From: Chrysemys picta bellii
Lineage: Eukaryota
NCBI RefSeq assembly: GCF_011386835.1
Contig: NC_088797.1
Span: 33,790,001-33,854,000, forward strand
Direction: 5' to 3'
Length of the DNA: 64,000 nt
Position numbers and translations under genes: made by a program. Each line of letters opens with the position of its first letter. Within the stretch, counting starts at the first letter, position 1. This document shows, piece after piece, positions 22,494-33,670 of this stretch. The notes under the pieces are model-generated. The model searched no databases. It was not told where the DNA came from and worked only from the letters and a program-made list of their open reading frames with translations.

Positions 22494-23498
22494 GTGAGGT
22501 CCCCTGATCTGCACAAGGGATTGCTGGGGAGACAGCAGTGGGAGCTGTGTCAGATTAGGGCATATTGAGGGATCCTACTGTTCCTTTCAGAAAGGCATCA
22601 CTACAGTGGATCAGAACAGCAAACCCATCCAGCTGTCCCACAGCTGCTTCAGAGGAAGGGGCTCTTAACCCTCCATTAGGCTTTGCTGGGATAACCTCAC
22701 CCAAAGGAACATTCCTCCTGACCCCATTTGCTAGGGGTAGACTCCTGCTGTGAAACAAGAGGGATAACTCCTTTCCTCAGCTCCAGGTTCTCTAATATTA
22801 TAACTCCGGACACTTGATAGAGATGAGAATGTCTGATCCTTTTATGAATCCTACAGAACACTTTTGCTCTTAGGGATATCATAGGAACAGAGGAACTGCC
22901 TGAATAGCTCAGACCCCAGGGCCATGTCGCTCAGGATCTCTTCTTCCACAGGGCCCAACACCAGGTGCTTCAGAGGAAGGTCTGCCTCCAGTAGCAGATG
23001 TGGGATATTCTGACCCCAAACACTAGGTCTCACCCTGGTCTCTAATAGTTAAACTAGTCAGAACCCTGAAGCAGTAGGTGTAATATCCCAGGTGGGAAGT
23101 GGGGAGCACAAAGAGCATGTAGCAGTTTGGGGCTGCCTTTGCTTTCCCCTCCTCTAGTCAAAACCTTCCGTCAGCTGCTCTCCTGGGAACTGGGGTCTCA
23201 TCTTCCCTCCAGCCGATGGGCCACCCACATGGTGCAGTGGGACAGGGAGCCGAGCTCCTGGGGAGGGGCAGAGGCTGAGATGGCAGCAGTCGAAGGGAAA
23301 CTAGGGCGCAGGGATCAGCTCCTTTAGAGCTGACTGCACTTTCCTGGCTCCAGGGCGCAAACCCCTCTCCAAACTGTGCCTGGATGCACTGGTTCTCATC
23401 ATGCAGAAGTCCCTTCCCAGGACTTTAATGGCCTCTACCAGGGGAGCTGGGGATCCACACATGCAACAGGGATGGCCAAAGGCTGTGATCCTTCCTAG

Positions 23499-23602
23499 GT
23501 CTGGGACATCATCGGCCGCTCTCTGGTGGTGGATTCTGGTGAGGACGACCTTGGCCGTGGGGGTCACCCACTCTCTAAAGTCTGTGGGAACTCGGGTGAG
23601 AG
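23499..23602 (+). CDS. CCS: CCS exon 7
   Basis: [34 protein letters not shown]; ccttcctag| ... GAG|gtgagg; 104 nt. Confidence 0.95.
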
Positions 23603-24047
23603 GTGAGGAGCCAGGGGGAAGAAGCAGGAACCAGGGGAGTAGCTCAAGGCAGCATCTTGCTGGCACAAATACTCGGGGGTCAAACTGACTGTCAGACTGG
23701 GCAACAGCATGGAGGAATGGGATCAACTGTGAGCATGGGAGGAAGGATGGCTTAACCTAAGGGAGCTATAGGAAGTTGAGGGGGGTCAGTCTCTCTTCCT
23801 TCCCTTCCCCCTCCCGCCAAAGGGGCATGAGGCAAGAGTGGGATCTGCAGGTATGGTCAAAGGAGGGGTTAACGCCTCTTTATTGTCTTGGTACAGCTTG
23901 CCTCTTGCACTGTAACAAGTAAGATGTCTGGTCTTGCCTGACCTTTGACTGGGCAAATGGTCAAGTCATGGAGCTGCCCATTTAGTCTGCAGGGACTGGA
24001 GCCCCTGGCAGCACAGCATCTGCTAATGCTCCCTCCCTCCCTTCCAG

Positions 24048-24201
24048 GCTGGCCTGTGGGATCATTGCCCGATCTGCTGGGCTGTTCGAGAACCCCAAGC
24101 AAATCTGCACCTGTGATGGCGTGACGCTGTGGGAGGAGCGGGAGAAGCCAGTGGCAGGGCCAGCCAGGAGGAAGCTTGGCCAGCCCACCCCTCACCTGTA
24201 G
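24048..24201 (+). CDS. CCS: CCS exon 8 (domain III CXC motif; total protein 277 aa)
   Basis: [31 protein letters not shown]...PHL-stop; cccttccag|; TAG at 24199-24201. Confidence 0.95.
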
Positions 24202-24724
24202 GATTATGACTTTCCTTTCTCCACATTATGCCTACTGGTTGTTGCTCTATGCCGAGGCTCAGTCTGTTTCTAACATCAAATGGGTGGCACTTTGGGCCTG
24301 CGGTATAGTTAGATCTGACGTGAGCTTTAGGTGGGGACTGGACTTCTTCACAGCGTCCCCGTCTCATCCCACAGTCTCGTTCTTCTATTGCCAACCTCTG
24401 AGCAGTTTCGTGTCCTGACCCTTCCCCAGCTGGGAGCTCCTAAACTTGCTAGAGACGATGTCTCATTTTATAGGGGAGCAGTAAATAGGCTCTGCAGTTT
24501 TTTGCTGCTTTGGGATTTGTAAAGGCAGTGAAAAAAGCATCTTAATTCTCTCTCTACCCCCCCCCCCCTTGCTTATTTGTTCCTTTTTAAAGTGCCGGGA
24601 TATCAAGGGTGGTTTTGCTGGGGGAACTAGAAAAGGGGGAGGCAGGAAGCTTGGGAGTTCTCTTGTGATCACTTTTGCACTAAGTAGATGGGTTGGGTTG
24701 GGGGGGGGGGGTTGAACCTTTAAT

Positions 24725-24730
24725 AATAAA
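24725..24730 (+). terminator. Candidate poly(A) signal for CCS
   Basis: AATAAA about 520 nt after the stop codon. Confidence 0.6.
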
Positions 24731-25699
24731 ATATTAATAATCACTAGTTCATATCTGCCACTCTGAACCAGCATATCACCAAGCACTTTACAAAGGGGTT
24801 TAGTATCATCTGCATTTTACATATGAGGAAACTGAAGCACAGGGGGGGGAAGTGATTTGCCCAAGGTCACCTAGCAGGCCAGTGGAAGAGCTGGGTTTAG
24901 AACCCAGGTTTCCCAAACTAGTGCTCTTTCTGCTAAGCCACATAAACAGATAGGACATTGTCCACAGAGGGCATTAGTCGCTGGAGTTACATAAGTATCT
25001 ACAGGAAACCTGCAAAGGTTTCTTTGAGCTCAGGATCGAAGTCTCTTGCTGCTCTGCTTGCCCCAGACTGTTTTGGGAAATCTGTCTGGCAGTAGCCAAG
25101 GTCGCAAGTGCTGTGGATTGCATGCACTGCAAAAGAGGAGAAAGTGCTGAGCTACCTATGCCTGACAAATGTTTCTAGAAAGCTGCAGCCTGAGCATAGG
25201 CAGCTAGACAGGAGGGTCTGGGTTAGGCTGTAGCCTGTTTTCCATTTAAAATCAGCTGTGGAGGCGAGATGACTTTAAGTATCTTTCATGTGCGCTGAAT
25301 CTGCCATTAAATAATATTTTCCTACTGTCACCCTGCTGTCTTGCTGCCCAAGCTGGTCACCTTGCATTGTGGTGGTGCCCAGACCTCAGGCACCTACTGT
25401 GCAAGATGCTGTATAAATGCAGAGGCACATCGTCTCTGGGATAGGTTCTGGGGCTGGGTGGCAGGTGCCTTGGAGGTGGGGGATTTGGGAAAGGGGGAAT
25501 CCCTAATCCCCCAGCAGGACAGTGGAGAGATCTCACTCACCCAGCTGGGGGGAGGGAGTAGTTCCCGTGACAGAAAAAGAACATGAGGCGGTCACTGGGT
25601 GTGGGCGGAGCCTGCCTATCACCGTGCCGGAGCCTGAGGGCGAAAGGGAGCACTCTGCACGTGGGTGGCGGGAGCACCATTTTGTTTACTGGCGAGTTA

Positions 25700-26131
25700 A
25701 CGCAAGGTCGGGCGTTGCGCATGTGCCCAGAGGCTCGGATAGGTGCATTCGTCACTGCGCAAGGGAAGGGAGGGAGATGCCGGAAATACGCAGGCGCGCT
25801 AGGGCTGGCGGCGCGGATTGTGACGGATGTAAAACAGGTTACAGGCGGTTGGGACTCAAGTGCGCAGGCGCAACGACGTTGCTAGGAGAAGAGCAGGGGC
25901 GCGGATGGAGAGGCAGGAGTGCGCAAGGCACTAGTAGTACGCAGGCGCGGCATTAGCCGAGTGTCTCTCTTCGCAGGCGCAGTTGCTCGTAGGTGGTGGC
26001 ATTCAGCGCGCTGCGCAGGCGTGTTGACGGCCGGGTGGTGCCTTCCTCTTTCCTTCCCATCTGAGCGTTCGGAGGGTCTGAGGTGCTGCCGCCATTTTGT
26101 CAGGCGTCCCGGTGCCAGCTCGGCCGCGGCC
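25700..26131 (+). promoter_or_regulatory. RBM14 CpG-island promoter/5'UTR with clustered NRF1-type motifs and a YY1 motif
   Basis: TGCGCAGGCGCA at 25861; CGCAGGCGC-like copies at 25789, 25940, 25972 and 26012; TGCGCATGTGC at 25716; CGCCATTTTG about 26090. Confidence 0.75.
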
Positions 26132-26477
26132 ATGCGTCCCGGAGTGAAGCTGTTCGTGGGGAACGTGCCCGAGGAGGCCACGGCCGAGGAGCTGGGCGAG
26201 CTGTTCACGGGCGCGGTGGGGCCGGTGCTCGGCGTGGCCCTCATGAAGCAGTTCGCCTTCGTGCACCTGCGGGATGAAGCGGCCGCTGTCCGCGCCATCG
26301 CCCAGCTCAACGGGCACCAGCTGCACGGCCGCCGCATCGTGGTGGAGCCGTCCCGCCCGCGGCCCACCAACACCTGCAAGATCTTCGTGGGTAATGTTTC
26401 GGCGGCCTGCACCAGTGGAGAGCTGCGGGCGCTCTTCCAGCAGTACGGGCCCGTGGTGGAGTGCGACGTGGTGAAAG
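26132..26477 (+). CDS. RBM14: RNA-binding protein 14 (CoAA), exon 1 (RRM1 and first half of RRM2)
   Basis: [76 protein letters not shown]; donor AAAG|gtaccg; 346 nt, phase 1. Confidence 0.95.
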
Positions 26478-27609
26478 GTACCGACCCCCCGGGTTCCCTA
26501 ATATCCCCCCCTTCCCCGGTACCGGCCCGTGGTGGAGTGTGACGTGGTGCCCCCTGGATTCTCCGCGCCCCCTCCCCCCCCGTACTGGCCCGTGGTGGAG
26601 TGCGACGTGGTGCCCCCTGGATTCCCCACCGCCTCCTCCTCCCCGTCTCCCCCCCCCCCCCCGGTACCGGCCCGTGGTGGAGTGCGACGTGGGGAAAGGT
26701 ACCGACCCACCGGGTTCCGCATCCCCCCTCCCCGGTACCGGCCCGTGGTGGAGTGTGGTGTCGTGAAAGGTATCAACCTCGGGACAGGGACCCCCTCCCC
26801 CTCTTCCTGATACCAGCTCATGGTGGAGTGTAACGTGGTTCCCTGCCCATGGTGGAGTGCGACATGGACCCCTCCCACCCTTGGTACCGGCTGGTAGTGG
26901 AGTGCGACGTGGTCAGAGACCGATCCCTGGGATATCGCTCTCCCTGGGACAGGGACTTTACACCCCTGCTGCCAGCCCATGATGGAGTGTGACATGGTGA
27001 AAGGTGCTGACCCCTGGGTTCTCTGACCCACCCCTGGTATCGGCCTGTGGTGGAGTACAACGTAGACAAAGGTAGTGACCTCCAGGATCCTCAAGTCCCC
27101 CACCCCTGGTACTAGCCTGAGGTGGAGTGCAACGTGGTAAAAGGAACCAACCCCTGATATCTCCCCTCCCACCCGCCCCCCCACTCCCACCCCCAGGATA
27201 GAGACTCTTCACTCACAGTACTGGCTCATGGTGGAGTGCAATGTGGTGAAAGATACTGACCTCTGGGTTCCATGACCACCTGGTACCGACCTGTGGTGAA
27301 AGGTTCCCTCTGCTGGGTTCCCCAGCCCCCCCTCCAAACTCTGGTACTAACCCATGGTGGAGTGCAGCATGGTGAAAGGTACCAACCCTGGGCTCATTTT
27401 TCCCCTCCTCCCCCACAGACCCATGGTGGAGTGTGATGCGGCCGGTGGTTCCCCGGCACTCCCCACCCTCAGTACAGGCCTGAGATAGAATGTGATGTGG
27501 GCAAAGATACCAACTCTCTTCTCCCCCATGGGGTAGGAATCCCTTCAACCAACCTCTCCCTGGGGCTAGAATCCCCTCTCCCCAGCAGTATGGGCCCATG
27601 AGTCATGAT

Positions 27610-27904
27610 TAAGGCTACGATTTAATCATGGGTATTTTTAGTAAAAGTCATGGACAGAAACAAAAAAATCATGGCCCATGGCCTGCCCGTGACTTATACC
27701 ATTAATACCCCAATTGAATCTTGGAAAGCCCGTGGCACCAGCTGCGGGGGAGGGGCACTACTGGTGATGGGGAGCCCTGGGGGCCAGCAGCTGCTCCAGG
27801 TGCCCTGGGACCGCTGCCCGAGCGGCTGGGTGCTGCAGAGGTTGCAGGAAGTCACGGAATCCGTGACTTCCGCCACCTCTGTGTGTGACAAACACGGAGC
27901 CCTA
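27610..27904. mobile_element. Non-autonomous hAT-type DNA transposon (MITE)
   Basis: Imperfect TIRs TAAGGCTACG... / ...CGGAGCCCTA; 8-bp target duplication GTCATGAT (27602) / ATCATGAT (27905). Confidence 0.75.
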
Positions 27905-27918
27905 ATCATGATGGAGTG

Positions 27919-29035
27919 TGTGATGGGATCTCTGGGGTGCAGCCTGGGACTGTGGGACCGCTGTGCCCCCTGAACTCTCCAGCCTGGGCTGTCTTTCACA
28001 ATACCTTGCTAGTGACCAGCAGTAAACCCCTCCAAGCACTGTTATCATTCAGCACAACTGCATGTGGAGCCCCACACCCTCCTAGATTGCATGAATGCTC
28101 CCAGAGCCACTCATGAATCACACAGGGAAAGGCACCAGCCCAATCCCCCCCCAGCTCCTAGCCTTGCACCCCAGGCACTGATCAAGATGATTTATTAATT
28201 GGTTCACCACTTCATCAATGGAAAGTGGATATACACCAGCCTTTGCAAAACATGAGCAGATTTGCCACACACTTCATACAAACTCACTGGTAAAGATAAA
28301 CAGTAAAACAAATGTATTGACAACAGAAGATTTTAAGTGACTATGAGTGTTAGGCAAAAAGTCAGAGATAGTTACCAAAAGTACATAAAATATAAGCACG
28401 CAGTCTAAACTCTCAACCCTATTAGACTGGGCAACATCTAGATTAAGCAGTTTTCTTCACTGCACTGGATATTGCAGTTCATAGTATACAGATTTCACAC
28501 TTGAAATCTGGGGCAGTCCCCTCAGTTGGAGTCTTCAGAGTGTCCTTGTTGCTTGCAGTGTAGGTGGGTGAAGGAGAAAGGCCCAGCATGGGGCCACTGT
28601 GTTCTGTTTTATTCCCTCAGTCCCATGTGCTTGGGGATCACAAGTCCAGGCATGTCTGGGGGCACTGCTAAGTCTCCAGCCAAGATTGAGCAATTCCCCT
28701 GGTATGGCCTCATGCAGGTGAGTCATTGAATTGTAGCTCCCTTGCTGGACAATGGTTGTAGATGGGACGTTTGGTTACTTTCCTTGCTGTTGCCTCTGGG
28801 GAGCTAATATCTGACCGATTCCCCAACTGACAGCATGTTTTAGTGACAACCATACAACACAATTCTCATAACTTCATATACATTAATGAGATACATATAT
28901 GGATAGAGAAATGACTTTCAGCAGATAACTTTTCCCCAGATACCTTTTAAGGCATGCTTTATATGTAAGATCACGGTTATATAAAAATGAGGAATATGGG
29001 GGTTACAGGATGCTCCCCCAAGGTATAGAATGTCC
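27919..29035. mobile_element. Probable solo LTR (about 1.1 kb)
   Basis: Starts with TG; flanked by 5-bp direct repeat GAGTG (27914-27918 and 29036-29040); no ORF; the interrupted array unit resumes right after it. The 3' end reads TGTCC rather than canonical CA. Confidence 0.7.
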
Positions 29036-32000
29036 GAGTGTAACAGTCGAAGATACCAATCCTCTCAGCGGAGCAGGGCCCACACCACACGACTAAGTCT
29101 AATATCTTCCTTCACCCTAGCAATTCCAGCCTGTGGTGGAGTGCCACATGGTTAAAGATACTGACCACTTGATTACGGGCAGACACCTCCTCCCTCCGTC
29201 TTTCCCTTTCTTCCCAGCAATATGGGCTTGTAGTGGGGTGCCATGTAGTCCAAGGTACCAACATCCTCATGAGGTGAAGCCCCCCCACCAATATCAATCC
29301 ACCAGTATGCATCTGTGAAGTCAGATGTTACCATAGGTACCAATTGCCCCACATTTTTCTTGGGACATATACTACCCCAACTCCTCCCTGCACCAGTGGG
29401 GGACTGTGGGGCCTCTTTGGCAAAGCAAGCCAACAGCAAAGCATGTAACATCAAAAGTACCAGTCTTCCCGTGGAGCAGGTATTGCCCCCAATCTCTCTG
29501 TCCTGCACTAGTGGGGAGTGGCAGAGGCTTTTTCAGCAACACGGGCCTGAGGTATAGAAATTGCCCCCTATCTGGGGGCAGAGACCCCTTCTAATCCTTC
29601 ATGAAGCAAATAATGCCCCCCAAATTCCCTGTCTTTGCACCAGTAGGGAGTTACTGGAGTTCTTTTGGCAGTATAAGTCCATAATGCAATGTGACCTAAA
29701 AGGTGCTGACTGCATCAGTCCTCACTCCCCATGGGGCAGATACTCTCCATAACCCCCTGCCCCCCATACACACACCAATGGAGAGATGAAGGGGTTGTTC
29801 CAGTTACTGTGGCGGAGTGCAACATCAACAAAGGTACTGACTGCTCCCAACCCCCCTTTCACGGAGCATTTACTTTCTTCCACCAGCAAGTGGGTAAACA
29901 TCCACTTTAAACTTCCTGGGGCAGATACTGCCTTAATCCATATTCTTCTGCCACAGTAAGGAGCTGTGTGAGGTCTCTTCCAGCAGTATGGATGCATGGA
30001 ATAGTACACTGACAAAGGTATTCACCCCATCCCACCTCACCTCTTCAAGGAGCACGCCCCGCCCTCAATTCAACCCCTATACCTGCTGGAGCTGTGAGGT
30101 CTCTTCAATTGGTACAGGCGGGTGATGAAGTGTGACATCAAAGGTGCCAACAGCATCTAACATCCCTCCAGTCCTTCACTGTGACAGTGCGGTCTTTGTG
30201 GGTGTGTGGAGGTGCTCTTCCAAGGGGAGAAGAATGCAGAAATAGGACACAACCATTGCAGCAGCCAGAAGGTTGAGGGGAAGAGTAAAGGAGCAGAGAT
30301 CTCACACAACCTGGTCACTGCCAGGAGAATCAGAGGGAGACATGGATAGAGGAAGGATAGCAACCAAAGGAGGAAATATGGGGTCATATTTTGGATGGTG
30401 GAGCCATCAGGCAGAGTTCAAGGGATAGTGGAAAGAACCCCAGCAGTTTCCTTTTATATCAGTCTGACCAATATGTTTACTCCTCTGGCTCTTTGGAGTC
30501 TGGTAACATTTTCAAGTGAACATGGGAGTGTATGGGCAGGAGAGATTAATGGGGTAAATTGGACAAGACAATAGTCTGAGGATTTAGGTTGCAGGGCAAG
30601 AGAGAAGGTCTAATAAAGCAGTAGAGGTGAGTAAATAGTATTCACAATTATTGTTCCAGCTTCACTGGAATTTGGCAGACTTTATAATCATTATAGTCAA
30701 CTGTTTGACTATGATCTGATGAATGCTGCTGAAATTCATTGAACAATATATCTGAAATTATCGGCTACTCCATCAGCTCCAGTAACATAATTATTACATA
30801 AAATGATTTAAGTTCTGGAGCTAAACATAACACACATAATTACTGTTGCTTTATACTGAAATATATATATTGCTTTATATTACTGTTGCTTTACGGTAGC
30901 ACAGGCATTTATCTCTAGCTGTTAGGCTTAGATGTAGGGTTAGTACCTGTCAGGTACATTTCCCTAAGCCTTAGATAATGCCCTCAAAGGTGGATATATT
31001 CTCATAAGTGCACCCTGCACCATCAGGCTGTTCATGAGCCTATTGTCAAATGCATCATTTCCAAGTTGCCAACACCTCTCTACTTGTCCTGGAATACTAG
31101 TGATGTGGGCCAGTGAGTGAGTGAGGTACTGTTGAAGCCAACCGCCCTACTTCTCCCCTGCATAAAAATTCCTTTTATATCCTGCGCCACTTGCTAATGT
31201 CCCGGAGCCGCCGTCATGTGTGACACTTATATGGGAACATTTAATGGACATCCCACCACCACCCCTTTCCCTTATGTAGGAGCTGTACATTGAGTGAGAT
31301 ACATTAGCGATGGTATCTCAGGGCCATAACCAATACTGCACGCTTTTCAGTTTCATGCCACCTTTGAATGCCTGCCTCATTCCTCAAATTACTTGTATAA
31401 TCAAAGGCAATTACTCTGCTCTCTGGGACACACAATCATGGAGCAGGGGTTGGTATTCCTTTCCCTTGCATCTGGAGAGCTGTTTCAAGTGATATGGACC
31501 TCCACCAAATGCAGTGTGTGTAACCATTTCTCCTTCACCAGTGTAAATGCCCCTTCCAGGCCCAGCCTCTGTGCCCATGCAGCTGTTCTTAAAAACAATA
31601 CCATAACAGCCAATCAACTACAGTTCTTTTGGGGCCCATATACACCTGTATCATCCCAGCACTTCTAGGGGATTGCACAACTTTGAAGGGCTGGCCAAAG
31701 CCCATAATCCAGGGTAATGAAAGGCAACAGACTTCCTTGCCTCAAGGGCTTGGGAGCAGCTCTATCCCCAGATCCTAGCAGGGGGGTAGCAGTAGCTTTC
31801 TGTGTTAGTGCTCTCTCTTCCCCCTTTCCTCTCATTTCCTTTTAGCTGTCCTTCTCTTTTGGTGCTATATTATTTTCCTTTATCACTTTTTTACTGCCTT
31901 TTTGTTTGTCTATTTGCAAAGAGCTCCATGCAGCCTCCCTTTCCTTTAAATATACACTTCGTGGCACAGGCAAATATCCCTTAATCGACCCCTTGCCTTC

Positions 32001-33534
32001 CTCAGAGGGGTTTAACTTCCTCTCACTTCCAGCATGGTGTCTTAGGAGAAAATAATTTTCCTAATCTAAATATTGTGGCTAAAAATGGCCCCCTCACCCA
32101 CATCAAATACCCCTAGCTTTTCATCCACTATATTCTAATATTCTGTGGCAGACTTCCCAGCTTCCTGACTGAACCAAATGATCCCAATGTACTCAGTCGT
32201 GTCTGCACATGAGCTGTATGTTCCTTCTGAATGTTATAAAGTTCTTCATCCAGGGCAAGGTGATGAAAGGCATAATTTCCAGGACCTAATATTAAATACA
32301 ACATGCTCTCTCCATATTGTGTGCTGCCTGTTGCTGCAGTTGGGTTACCCTTCTCTCCCCAGGGCCCAGCTCAGCTTTGCAGTGCCTGAGTATGCCTTGG
32401 ACTCATTTCAGAGTGTGGTGTTGTGGAACAATAACATCTCTAATTGCATAGTTATTTTCCCTTTCTATTGAGGTAAATAAGGCCTCTTACACATGGGTCC
32501 CAAGAAAAAACTCCAAGTGTCACCTGTTGTATGGGCTAGATTTGAGTGACCTAGACTCGCCGTTGATTGTGACCCGATTAACTGTAACCGACAGAACCTG
32601 TGTGTACTAGTGCCACTGGAGGCATGGCCTATTAGTTAACTTTTTCTTCACTGTAAATAATAATCCCTTCCCTGTGCTATGCCTTGCACAGCCTGATTTT
32701 GAGGATGGAGAGGGATCTCAATTTTGGTGTTGTCAGCTGCAGTTTTTCCCTTCAAAGGATCTTGCCAGCCCTTCTGCCCAAAGCTTTGGCCTAGGGCTTG
32801 ATGTTTTGGGCTCAGGCCTGAACCCAAGTCCCCCATTTAGCATGAGAACCCTTCGCTGTGACCCTCTGCATTTTCGTACTGATTTGCTAATACTGTTGCT
32901 GAATGTCTTATCCTCAAAGGTTGTGTAGCAATGTTGCTGCTTTTTCCTCTACCAATCATCACTTGAACTGACCAATTCAAGAGTATTCAGCCTGCCTTCT
33001 GTCATGCAATTTATATAATTTATGCCACATGCCAAATGTTCACCATATAGGAACTGACCAGCACAGATGCTCCCATATGCTTTGTTCATTGGGCAATAGG
33101 GAGCCCTTTCTCCAGGGTTCTAATGTGCTCAGAAAGTGCTGAGCTCTGGGGTCTGTTTTAATTCAGGAAGAGAATGAAAGAACCAAACCATAAATAGTGG
33201 TGATGGCTCTCCTGTAATTACTGGAGAAAGTGAATTCTGAGTGTTTCACCTGAATTACTTTAATGCCCTTATCTTCACTTGCAGGTGGTTGATAACAGTC
33301 GAGTATGGTGTAATCTGCACAGCCAACTCAAGTGTGTTGAGATGTTTGCTGACTTCTCGAGAGACTTTGAGAGATTTATTTTTCAATTTTTTTAGCTGCC
33401 TAGGTCTGAACAAGTCATTGTGATTCCTATAGCACTACTCTATTTGGACTAGATTACCAAGGGATGTGGGAAATTCTTCATCAGTTGGAGTCTCTATGTT
33501 GAAATTGTGTATGCCTCTTTTTCAGATACATTCT

Positions 33535-33670
33535 ATCTCTGCCCAAAACAGGCTGGATTCAGCAGTCACTGGGTGGAATTATCTTGCCCATGTTATGCAG
33601 GAGGTCAGAGTACATGATTATAATGGTCCCTTCTGGCCTTAAAATATACAAATTGAATCTATGAATCTAT
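33535..33670 (+). mobile_element. CR1 3' end with AATCTATG tail
   Basis: GTTATGCAGGAGGTCAGA..ATGATTATAATGGTCCCTTCTGGCCTTAA followed by GAATCTATGAATCTAT. Confidence 0.8.

Larger units (their letters stand above)
26448..30150 (+). repeat. Degenerate tandem array (about 25 units) of the RBM14 exon-1 3' end plus 5' splice site, separated by C-rich spacers
   Basis: The unit GGCCCGTGGTGGAGTGCGACGTGGTGAAAG|GTACCGACCC recurs from 26521 to about 30150; the copy at 26669-26708 is 39/40 identical to the real junction. Confidence 0.9.

Noticed and set aside
26448-27520. Array derived from RBM4 rather than RBM14 (RBM4 has a homologous [10 protein letters not shown] segment)
   Set aside because: Units include the RBM14-specific intronic GTACCGACCC and match RBM14 at up to 39/40 nt; RBM4 has no intron at that site.
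26461-27599. Several 77-230 aa ORFs on both strands, some repeating PVVECDVV
   Set aside because: They are translations of the exon-end repeat array, not independent genes.
26448-30150. CRISPR-like array interpretation
   Set aside because: Vertebrate intron; repeats are degenerate copies of host exon sequence, spacers are low-complexity and variable in length, and there are no cas genes.
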